A stretch of 25,106 bases of DNA. Source: Candidatus Methylomirabilota bacterium (lineage in GTDB: Bacteria; Methylomirabilota; Methylomirabilia; Rokubacteriales; CSP1-6). The notes beneath the pieces were generated by a model that saw nothing but the letters and a program-made list of their open reading frames with translations, had not been told where the DNA came from and made no database searches. Shown here one piece after another: positions 8,836 to 16,676 of this stretch. The translations under genes were made by a program, and so were the position numbers. The DNA lies in assembly GCA_046726415.1 (NCBI GenBank), contig JBKPAK010000046.1, forward strand, positions 1-25,106, given 5' to 3'. Numbering within the stretch: position 1 is the first letter of the stretch; every line of letters starts with the position of its first letter.

Positions 8836-9310
8836 GTCGCGATATCGAGGGGCGGCCACTCGCGTCACCCGCCCACCGGCCGCACGCTACCGAGAGGCGC
8901 CCGCGGTTGTGTCGGCGTCCCGAGCGCGGGGGCTTCGAGGACCGCTTCGCAGCGTCGACCCGCCCACCTACTGCGCGCTACCGCGGGCCGCCGCGGTTGT
9001 GTCGGCGTCCCGAGCGCGGGGGCTTCGAGGACCGCCGCGTCCCGGCGGCCGGTCCACCTGTCGCGCGCTCTCGAGGGGCGCCACGGCTGCGCCGGGGAGC
9101 CCCGAGCGTTGGGGGGCTTGGGGCCCTTTCGAGGCCCCCCATCTCAATGGCGCACCACGGCTCCGTCGTCCCGATCCGGGGGCTTTCGAGGACCGCCTCG
9201 TCCCGTCGGCCCCCGCAACCGCCGCGCGCTCTCGAGGGGCGCCACGGCTGCGCCGGGGAGCCCCGAGCGTTGGGGGGCTTGGGGGGCCCTTTCGAGGCCC
9301 CCCATTTCAA
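8836..9310. repeat. Array of 5-6 degenerate GC-rich palindromic (REP/MITE-like) repeat units
   Basis: Exact 45-nt repeat at 8901-8945 and 8991-9035 (period 90). A near-identical ~86-nt repeat at 9062-9147 and 9223-9310 ends in a GGGGGGCC-N7-GGCCCCCC hairpin (perfect in the last copy). Partial copies at ~8836-8860 and ~9149-9197. Confidence 0.85.
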
Positions 9311-10629
9311 ACGGACGCGCGCTGCGAGTGAGGGAATCGGCGGCGACCACCGCGGTGTGGCCGATACCGGGGAGGCGGCGCCGGCGCCTCTGCCGAGGGA
9401 GCGACGTTGCCGATGGCGTCGCCTGGTTCCTCGTCGATGTCCGATGCGCCGTCAGGCGCCGCGGTTGGAGCAACCACACCGTCGGTCACAGCCGGCGGCG
9501 TTTCGAGGGGAGGCACCGCTTCAGGCTCCATCACCGGCCCCGCCGGGGCAACGAGCGTGATCATCCCCGATCGGCTCACCGTGATCTCTTTGATGCGCCG
9601 CAGACGCGTTATGAGCCGCGGGGAGCCGGGCGGCCGACTGAAGCCGCGCGACTTCAGGGCGTTGGCCAAGGTGTCGATGGTGACCCCACGGTTGGGCGAC
9701 CGATGGATCAGCTCGCGGACGACCGCGATGATCTCATCGTGGGGAGCAGTGTGCGGCTCAGCCGACAACGGTTCGGCGCCGTTGCTGCCCACCTCCGTGC
9801 GCGGCAACTCCGCAATCACGGGTGAGGCAGGATGGACCGGCGCACTGACCTCTCGTGGCGGAGGCGGGGACGCCGCGACGGCCGCGCCACTCTCACGCCA
9901 GCTGTACCGGCGCCCACGGCGGCGACGCCGGCCGCGTGAGTCGGTGCCGGATTCCCGCACCGGCTCTTCGCTCGGGGCAGGCACCGACGCGCCGACCAGG
10001 CCCTGGTACGAGAGCCGGCGGAACGCGATCCCGAGGCTCGCCGCCACGTCCCCGACCGCATCGAAGGCGCGGTCGTTGGTGATGATCTCCATCACGTCGC
10101 CCGGGCGCGCACCGGCCAGCCACGCCCCGGCGGCGACGGCGATGCGGAGATCACTCCAGTCGCGGACGCCCACCGAGGGGGCGCTGTGGACGAGCTGGGC
10201 GCCGTGGCGCGCCAGGAGGCGAGCGGTATCGTGCCCGATCACCTTCCAGTTGCCGACGGCAATGAAGTCGGTCCGCCGACCCATTCGATCGAGGGCGAGA
10301 TGGTCGATGACTCGGGCGATGTGCTCGGACCGACTCGTGTTTTCGACGTCGAAGAAGATCGCGCGGCGGGCGACGGGCAAGGGCCGCTCCAGCTCGGGCT
10401 GGATCGCGCGGGTGGCAAAATCGCGCTCCGGCTCCGCCGCGATGATCTCCGGCATCGACGCCCCTTCCTCGACGGGCAGGCTGGGCTCGGGAACTGGCTC
10501 GATCGGCTCGACCATGATCTCGGGCGGCCGCAACGCGGGACGGGACGATTTGGCGCGCTTGACGGGACCGCGGGAACGGCTACGGCTCATCGAGCGCTGG
10601 GTGGATTTCTTGGTTCGTGTCTTCTTCAC
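9307..10629 (-). CDS. NYN (PIN-like, LabA/DUF88) domain protein with probable C-terminal OST-HTH/LOTUS domain
   Basis: AIFFDVEN, AVGNW, DWSDLRI and IITNDRAFD give the NYN acidic pattern. C-terminal helical domain VTIDTLANALKSRGF, with Arg/Pro-rich linkers. GTG start after GGAGA. Confidence 0.8.
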   Translation of the reverse strand: MKKTRTKKSTQRSMSRSRSRGPVKRAKSSRPALRPPEIMVEPIEPVPEPSLPVEEGASMPEIIAAEPERDFATRAIQPELERPLPVARRAIFFDVENTSRSEHIARVIDHLALDRMGRRTDFIAVGNWKVIGHDTARLLARHGAQLVHSAPSVGVRDWSDLRIAVAAGAWLAGARPGDVMEIITNDRAFDAVGDVAASLGIAFRRLSYQGLVGASVPAPSEEPVRESGTDSRGRRRRRGRRYSWRESGAAVAASPPPPREVSAPVHPASPVIAELPRTEVGSNGAEPLSAEPHTAPHDEIIAVVRELIHRSPNRGVTIDTLANALKSRGFSRPPGSPRLITRLRRIKEITVSRSGMITLVAPAGPVMEPEAVPPLETPPAVTDGVVAPTAAPDGASDIDEEPGDAIGNVAPSAEAPAPPPRYRPHRGGRRRFPHSQRASV

Positions 10630-10772
10630 AGGTTTTCTCCGGTTATCTCAATCAGCGCGCGGGCACATCGACAGCCTCATTGGGGTCGGGGATAGCACGA
10701 GCAGTAGAGAAGTACTGGCCAGGGCCTGCAACTGATTGGTGATTCGATGACTACACGTGTGGGCGTACGCCT

Positions 10773-10781
10773 AGGATACCA
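10773..10781 (-). promoter_or_regulatory. Putative extended -10 promoter element for the NYN gene
   Basis: Minus strand reads TG-G-TATCCT, about 145 nt upstream of the start codon. Confidence 0.35.
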
Positions 10782-10838
10782 CGCCGCGCGATGAGCCCTG
10801 GCGAAAACAGTGGGGCGGCCGCGGGCTCGCCGGCGGCC

Positions 10839-11240
10839 TTAGTCGTCCTTGCGATGGTATCGATAGTACTGGCGATAGTGTCCGGGCGGCATGCGCTTGT
10901 GGAAATATTTCCTGGCGTAGTAGGTCGGAGCAGGTCCCGGTGCATAGACAACGGCTGGAGGCAGAGCGTAGTAGACGACCGGCGGGGGTGGCGGCGCGTA
11001 TACTAGGGGGGGCGCCGGTGCGTACACCACCGGGGGTGGGGCAACGACCGCCGGCTGCTGAATCACTACGGGTGCCGGCCGGAACCCGTGGAAGATCGTC
11101 TCGCCACGGACGAACTGGTTGAACACGGCGAACGCGCCGAGCCCCAACGCCGCATCGGTCGCGCCGCCCGCCTGGGCGACCTGGACGCCTGCCAGGACCG
11201 TCGTTCCCGAAATGAGAACCGCACCGAGAAGCTTCTTCAC
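10839..11240 (-). CDS. Secreted proline-rich protein (VVYAPP/PXPV-like repeats)
   Basis: Signal peptide MKKLLGAVLISGTTVLAGVQVAQA, repeated V-V-(Y)-A-P-P units and a basic Tyr/His-rich tail. RBS GGGAGG. Confidence 0.8.
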   Translation of the reverse strand: MKKLLGAVLISGTTVLAGVQVAQAGGATDAALGLGAFAVFNQFVRGETIFHGFRPAPVVIQQPAVVAPPPVVYAPAPPLVYAPPPPPVVYYALPPAVVYAPGPAPTYYARKYFHKRMPPGHYRQYYRYHRKDD

Positions 11241-11411
11241 GTCGATCCCTCCCCTTCTTTTTTGATCCCGGCCCTGTCGACTTCTTCGCTGGTGCTGCGT
11301 TCATTGACGGTCGCTCGCCCTCGGGTCTTTACACGCATCGGTGACGGGTAAGCCGAGTGCCAGCCGCGCAGGGCTACCGGGGCGCGCTGCGAACCTGTAT
11401 GCTGTCGGCCG

Positions 11412-12959
11412 ATGAGCTGGGAACGCGAGCTGGAAGAGCTGCGACGGCGGGAAGCATTTGCCGAGGAGCTCGGTGGCGCCAAGCGCGTGCAGCGACAACA
11501 CGACGGTGGTCGCTACACCATTCGCGAGCGCATCGGCAAGCTGGCCGATCCGGGCACGTTCCACGAGGTCGGCAAGATCGCGGGCCAGGCGCGCTACGAC
11601 GCCGCCAACGACCTCTTGAGTTTCGTGCCCAGTAACTTCGTCTTTGGACGCGCCCGGGTGGACGGGCGCCCGGTGGTGATCGGCGGCGACGATTTTACGG
11701 TACGGGGCGGTTCGGCGGACGCGACGATCAAGGAGAAGCACAACCAGTGTGAGGAGATGGCGTACGCGCTGCGCCTGCCGCTCATCCGCCTGATCGAGGG
11801 CTCCGGCGGCGGAGGTTCCGTGAAGACGATCGAGACGACTGGCCGCGCCAACGTCCCCGGCCTGTCGGGTTGGGAGCAGGTGGTCGCCAACATGGGCGCG
11901 ATCCCGCGCGTGGCCCTCGGCCTCGGCTCGGTCGCTGGGCTCGGTGCCGCCCACCTCGCGGCCGCCCACTATTCGTTGATGGTGAAGGACCTCTCGGCTC
12001 TCTTCGTGGCCGGCCCGCCCGTCGTCGAGCGCCTCGGCCAGAAGCTCTCGAAAAACGAGCTCGGTGGCTGGCAGATCCAGCTCAAGGCGGGCGCCGTCGA
12101 TCAGGCCGTCGACAGCGAGGAGGAGGCCTTCGCTTACGCGCGCCGCTTCCTCTCGTACATGCCGTCGTCGATCTGGGATCTGCCACCGCGTGGGCCGCAG
12201 ATCGACGATCCGGAGCGGCGAGAGTCGTGGCTTGGCGACGTCGTGCCGCGCGACCCGCGCAAGGTGTACAAGATGCGCGCGATCGTCGAAGCGGTCGTCG
12301 ACGCCGGCTCGTTCTTCGAGATCGCACCGCTGTACGGCCGCTCGGTCATCACGGGCCTCGCCCGCCTCGACGGCTGGCCGGTGGCGCTGATGGCCAGCGA
12401 TCCGTTCTTCTACGGCGGCACGTGGACAGCCGACACCTGCCAAAAGGTGGAGCGTTTCGTCGACACCGCACAGACCTTCCACCTCCCCGTCGTCTACCTC
12501 GTCGACTGCCCGGGCTTCCGCATCGGGCTCGAGGCCGAGCAGACGGGCACGATCAAGCAGGGCGTGCGCGCCATGTCGGCCATCTGGCAGACGACCATCC
12601 CGTGGTGTGCGGTCATCATCCGCAACGTGTTCGGGGTGGCCGGAGCGGCGCATCAGAATGGAGGGCGCTACTGCACGCGCTACGCGTGGCCTTCGGGTCG
12701 GTGGGGGTCGTTGCCGCTCGAAGGCGGCATCGAGGCCGCGTACCGCGCCGAGATCGACGCGGCTCCCGAACCGAAGGCGAAGCTGCGCGAGATCGAGGAG
12801 CGCCTGGAAAAACTGCGCTCGCCCTTCCGCTCCGCGGAGACGTTCTGGATCGAGGAAATCATCGACCCCCGCGACACCCGGCCGCTCCTGTGCGACTTCG
12901 CCAACCTGGCGGCGCCGCTCCGCACGCCGGGGCCGTTTGCACATGCCATGCGGCCCTGA
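11412..12959 (+). CDS. Acyl-CoA carboxylase carboxyltransferase (beta) subunit
   Basis: Motifs TIRERIGKLADPGTF, DGRPVVIGGDDFTVRGGS, LFVAGPPVV, ELGG, ITGLARLDGWPV, LVDCPGF, IIDPRDTR. Confidence 0.92.
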   Translation: MSWERELEELRRREAFAEELGGAKRVQRQHDGGRYTIRERIGKLADPGTFHEVGKIAGQARYDAANDLLSFVPSNFVFGRARVDGRPVVIGGDDFTVRGGSADATIKEKHNQCEEMAYALRLPLIRLIEGSGGGGSVKTIETTGRANVPGLSGWEQVVANMGAIPRVALGLGSVAGLGAAHLAAAHYSLMVKDLSALFVAGPPVVERLGQKLSKNELGGWQIQLKAGAVDQAVDSEEEAFAYARRFLSYMPSSIWDLPPRGPQIDDPERRESWLGDVVPRDPRKVYKMRAIVEAVVDAGSFFEIAPLYGRSVITGLARLDGWPVALMASDPFFYGGTWTADTCQKVERFVDTAQTFHLPVVYLVDCPGFRIGLEAEQTGTIKQGVRAMSAIWQTTIPWCAVIIRNVFGVAGAAHQNGGRYCTRYAWPSGRWGSLPLEGGIEAAYRAEIDAAPEPKAKLREIEERLEKLRSPFRSAETFWIEEIIDPRDTRPLLCDFANLAAPLRTPGPFAHAMRP

Positions 12960-12961
12960 GC

Positions 12962-13018
12962 CCGGCCGTCCTCCTTGCCCCATACGATCAGCGTGGGGGC
13001 TCGGATGTCCCTCAGCAT
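12962..13018 (-). pseudogene. Short remnant of an alpha/beta-hydrolase gene
   Basis: Reads MLRDIRAPTLIVWGKEDGR, the typical L-x2-I-x2-PTL(I/V)VWG-x2-D segment. No other hydrolase sequence flanks it. Confidence 0.55.
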
Positions 13019-13139
13019 CGTTCGATGCGGTCTGGGGAGGTGACCGCGTGCGCATCGTGCGCGAGCTCGCACTCCGGACGCACTGGCCGAGGTCCCGCAA
13101 CGCTGGCTTCCCGCGGGTGGCTCGCCGGGGAGGCGGCCG

Positions 13140-13598
13140 ATGAGTATCGAGCAAAGCCTCAACGAAACGCTCACGCGGGCCATGAAGGACCGGGACGCGC
13201 GAACGGCCAACGTGGTTCGCATGATCAAGACCAAGCTGACCGAGCGCATCACGGCCAAAGGCTTCTCCGGAACCGTGAACGACGCGCTGCTCCTCGACGT
13301 CATCGGCGCCTATCGCAAGCAGATGCAGAAGGCCCTCGGCGAGTTCGAGGGGGTTGGTGAGCGCGGCGCGGAGCAGGTCGCCCAGCTCCGGTTCGAGATC
13401 GAGTTCTGTGAGCGCTACCTGCCGCGGGCGATGGACGAGGGCGCCCTACGCGCCCTCGTCCAGGAGCGCGCGGCCGGTCTCGGCATCACCGGCGCCAAGC
13501 AGGTGGGCCGCCTCGTGGGCGATGTCATGAAGACGCACAAGGGCCAGGTCGACGCCGCCGACGTCAAACGCATCGCGGAGGAAGTGCTGAAGGGGTGA
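13140..13598 (+). CDS. yqeY: GatB/YqeY domain protein
   Basis: 152 aa with AMKDRD..., EIEFCERYLP, GRLVGDVMKTHKGQVD. RBS GGAGG. Confidence 0.88.
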   Translation: MSIEQSLNETLTRAMKDRDARTANVVRMIKTKLTERITAKGFSGTVNDALLLDVIGAYRKQMQKALGEFEGVGERGAEQVAQLRFEIEFCERYLPRAMDEGALRALVQERAAGLGITGAKQVGRLVGDVMKTHKGQVDAADVKRIAEEVLKG

Positions 13599-13599
13599 A

Positions 13600-13905
13600 C
13601 GTCGGCCGCGCTCGTGCGTGGACCACGCGGTCGTCCTCGTACACGACGGCCCCATCCCGCCCCAAGACGTGGTCACCGCCCGAAGAGCCGACCGCGTAGC
13701 CCGCCGCGTTCGCTGCCGGTGCCCAGTCGAGGAGGAGTTGCCGGGGCACCCTCCTCCACGCGATCGAAGCGCAGCAGGAGGAGATCCCTCGTGACCGCCG
13801 CCCGGTCGGAGCGCGCGTGCGCGGTGACGAGGGCCACGGTAACTACCTGGGCATCGCGGGCCACGCCCTCGAGGAGCTGTCGCCACGCCGCACGCGCGGC
13901 ATGGA
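13600..13905 (-). pseudogene. Possible frameshifted remnant of an unidentified gene
   Basis: A protein-like, GC3-rich frame (WRQLLEGVARDAQVVTVALV...DLLLLRFDRVEEG) switches near 13750 to another frame (PRQLLLDWAPAANAAGYAVG...VVYEDDRVV). Confidence 0.3.
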
Positions 13906-14013
13906 TTGCGCCTGACGGCGGATGCCTGCCGCCCGTCACGCTACCGAAGCCGCGCGAACAGTCAACGACCGCGCGCAGTATGGTACGTTGACCGGCAATG
14001 AGCGAGGGCACCG

Positions 14014-15171
14014 GTGGCTGAGACCGCCGACGTGGTCATTGTGGGCGGAGGCGTCATGGGCGCCAGCACCGCCTACCACCTGGCCCGGCGCCGCTTCGGC
14101 AAGGTCGTGGTCCTCGAGCGCGACACGATCTGCTCGGGCTCCTCAGCCCTGGCCAGCGGGGGCATCCGCCATCAGTACGCGAATCCGATCGGGATCGAGC
14201 TGACCACGCGGAGCATCGTGACCTACGAACACTTCGCCGAAGAGTTCAACGTCGATCCCCAGTTCCGCCAGCACGGCTATCTGATTCTCGTCACCACCGA
14301 GGAAGAGATGGCCCTCTCCGAGCGCAGCGTGGCCCTTCAGCGTAGCCTTGGTGTGGAGGTTCATCGCCTCACCCCCGAGGAGATCAACCGGCGCTTCCCC
14401 TATCTGCAGACGCGCGATCTGCGGGCCGCCACCTTCTCACCGCGCGACGGTTACGCCGATCCCTACCTGTGCACCACGGCCATCGCGGCGCGGGCCCGCG
14501 AGCTGGGGGCCATCATCCGGCAGCACCATGAGGTGATCAGCTTCACACGGATCGGGTCGCGGGTGACGGGAGTGGCCACGGCGAACGGTGCGATCGAGGC
14601 GCCGGTGGTCGTCATCGCGGCCGGCTGCTGGTCGGGCGTGGTGGGGCACCTCGCCGGAGTCGACATCCCCGTTTCTCCGCGGCGGCGGCACAAGTTCGTG
14701 ACCACCCCTTTCCCCACGGACCGGATCCCGGCCGCGACGCCGTTCATCATCGATCCGCATGGCGGGATCTCCCTGCGGCGGGAGGGAGAAGGAATTCTGC
14801 TGGGCATCGGCCAGCCCGGCGAAGCGAGCGCGTTCAGCATGGAGGTCGACTGGAGCCTGACATTACCGCTGGTGGAGCGCGCCGTCCATCGCGCGCCCGC
14901 TCTGGCGGAAGCCCAGCTCATGCGGGGCTGGGCCGGGCTCTACGAAATGACGCCTGATCAGACGGGCATCGTGAGCCCGGTCTCCGGAGTCGACGGCCTC
15001 TTCGTGATCGCCGGCTTCAGCGGCCACGGCTTCATGCATGGCCCCATTGCCGGCCAGCTCATGGCCGAGCTGATCGCCGACGGCTGCGCGAGCACCCTCG
15101 ATGCCTCGCCGCTGAGCCTCGAGCGCTTCGCGCGCGGGGAGACCGCCGTCGAGCCGTTGACATTCGTCTGA
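14014..15171 (+). CDS. FAD-dependent oxidoreductase, DAO family (sarcosine oxidase beta / glycine oxidase-like)
   Basis: Motifs DVVIVGGGVMG, GSSALASGGIR, DGYADP, WAGLYEMTPD, GFSGHGFMHGP. Confidence 0.92.
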   Translation: MAETADVVIVGGGVMGASTAYHLARRRFGKVVVLERDTICSGSSALASGGIRHQYANPIGIELTTRSIVTYEHFAEEFNVDPQFRQHGYLILVTTEEEMALSERSVALQRSLGVEVHRLTPEEINRRFPYLQTRDLRAATFSPRDGYADPYLCTTAIAARARELGAIIRQHHEVISFTRIGSRVTGVATANGAIEAPVVVIAAGCWSGVVGHLAGVDIPVSPRRRHKFVTTPFPTDRIPAATPFIIDPHGGISLRREGEGILLGIGQPGEASAFSMEVDWSLTLPLVERAVHRAPALAEAQLMRGWAGLYEMTPDQTGIVSPVSGVDGLFVIAGFSGHGFMHGPIAGQLMAELIADGCASTLDASPLSLERFARGETAVEPLTFV

Positions 15172-15218
15172 CGGGAGCCGGAGCGGCTCAAGCCCGGGGA
15201 CCCCCGCGACTGCGGCGG

Positions 15219-16676
15219 GTGATGACCTTGCATCGCTGCCGGCCCTCCGATAGACATACAGGCGTGGGGCGCACGCACGCGCTGAGCTTCGATCGCGGCT
15301 CGCTGCGGCTGGACGCTCCGGCGACGGCTCGCGTGCCGCCCTACTTCGTCTGGGACGTGCGCGTGGGAGCCTGGCGGACGGCAGCCATGAATCACTTCCG
15401 CGTGCAAGAGGACGCGGCGGTGTACCAGCTGCAGCTCGCCGACCGCGCCGAAGGGTTCTTCGCGCCGCCGGCGCTCCGCCCGGCGTTGCCCCCGCTCCGG
15501 GCGGATCAAGAGGCGGCCATCGATGCGTGGGAGCGCGCCGGCGGCCGGGGCATCGTCGTCAAGCCCACCGGCACCGGGAAAACCGAGATCGCGCTGGACA
15601 TCATCGCCCGACACCAGGTGCCAACGCTCATCGTCGCACCGCTGCGCGATCTGATGTACCAGTGGCAGCGCCGCATTCAGAAGGGCCTGGGCTTCGCCGC
15701 CGGCGTACTGGGCGACGGCCGGCAGGAAGTCTGGCCCATCACCGTCACCACGTACGACAGCGCCTGGATCCACATGAAGGAGATCGGCAACCGCTATCGG
15801 CTGATCGTCTACGACGAAGCCCATCACCTGCCGGGGCCCGTTCAGCACGAGAGCGCCCTCGACTGCCTCGCCTCCTTGCGGCTGGGGCTGAGCGCCACGC
15901 CCTGGCGGGCCGACGGCCGCGACGCCATGCTCGCCGAGCTGATCGGGCCCGTGGTGTACGAGCAGGATCTGGCCCAGGCTCGTGGGCGGACGGTGGCGGA
16001 TTACGCGATCGTGAGGGTGCCGATCTATCTCACTGAGGACGAGCAGGCCGAATTCGGAGAGCTGTCGCGCAGCATCCGCCACTACGTGGCGACGCGCCGG
16101 CGCGAGGAAGGCGCCTTCGACTGGGCGGAGATGGCGCGCCGCTCGCGCACCGATCCCGAGGCGCGCGAGATCCTCCGGCGCTGGCGGCGGAAGCTGGCCA
16201 TCGTGAATCGCTCGGCCGAGAAGCTCCGGGTGCTCGAAGACGTCTTCCGCCTGCACCCCGACGAGCCCTGCGTGGTCTTCACCGCCTCGAACCGGATGGC
16301 GCTTGACGTGTCGGCGCGGTTCCTGATTCCCGCGCTGACCGCCCATTCCGACAAGCACGAACGCAACCGCGTCCTGGACGCGTTCGGTGCGGGACGGCTG
16401 CGGGCGCTGGCCGCCTGCGAGGTCCTCAACGAGGGCTGGGACGCGCCGGCCGTGAAGGTCGGCGTCGTCCTGGGAGGCGAGAAGGGGGTCCGCGAAGCGG
16501 TGCAGCGCCTGGGCCGGCTCCTCCGAAGGTCTGGAGACCGCACGGCGCGACTCTACGAGGTCATCCTGCAAGAAACTCCCGACGTGGCCCGGGCACGCCG
16601 CCGGGGAAAGACCGATGCTTACCGCCGCGCTCCGCGTCTATCACTGGGACAGGCGAACCAGCTCGATCTCTTCTGA
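15219..16676 (+). CDS. SF2 DEAH-box helicase, XPB/Rad25 (SSL2)-like; true start may be the GTG at 15264
   Basis: LRADQ (Q motif), PTGTGKT, IVAP, TTYDS, DEAH, LSAT, LNEGWDAP and QRLGRLLR. The N-terminal WDVRVGAWR resembles the XPB damage-recognition region. Confidence 0.9.
   Translation: MMTLHRCRPSDRHTGVGRTHALSFDRGSLRLDAPATARVPPYFVWDVRVGAWRTAAMNHFRVQEDAAVYQLQLADRAEGFFAPPALRPALPPLRADQEAAIDAWERAGGRGIVVKPTGTGKTEIALDIIARHQVPTLIVAPLRDLMYQWQRRIQKGLGFAAGVLGDGRQEVWPITVTTYDSAWIHMKEIGNRYRLIVYDEAHHLPGPVQHESALDCLASLRLGLSATPWRADGRDAMLAELIGPVVYEQDLAQARGRTVADYAIVRVPIYLTEDEQAEFGELSRSIRHYVATRRREEGAFDWAEMARRSRTDPEAREILRRWRRKLAIVNRSAEKLRVLEDVFRLHPDEPCVVFTASNRMALDVSARFLIPALTAHSDKHERNRVLDAFGAGRLRALAACEVLNEGWDAPAVKVGVVLGGEKGVREAVQRLGRLLRRSGDRTARLYEVILQETPDVARARRRGKTDAYRRAPRLSLGQANQLDLF

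Noticed and set aside
8836..9310. CRISPR array
   Set aside because: Units are long and degenerate, the intervening sequences are related to one another rather than unique spacers, and there are no cas genes in the window.
8646..9825. Plus-strand ORFs 8646-9560, 8741-9331 and 9109-9825
   Set aside because: They are translations of the GC-rich repeat array or antisense to the NYN gene, with Arg/Pro/Gly-rich non-protein-like composition.
15175..15189. GAGCCG/CGGCTC hairpin between the oxidoreductase and helicase genes
   Set aside because: A 6-bp stem without a U-tract is not enough to call a terminator or an element end.
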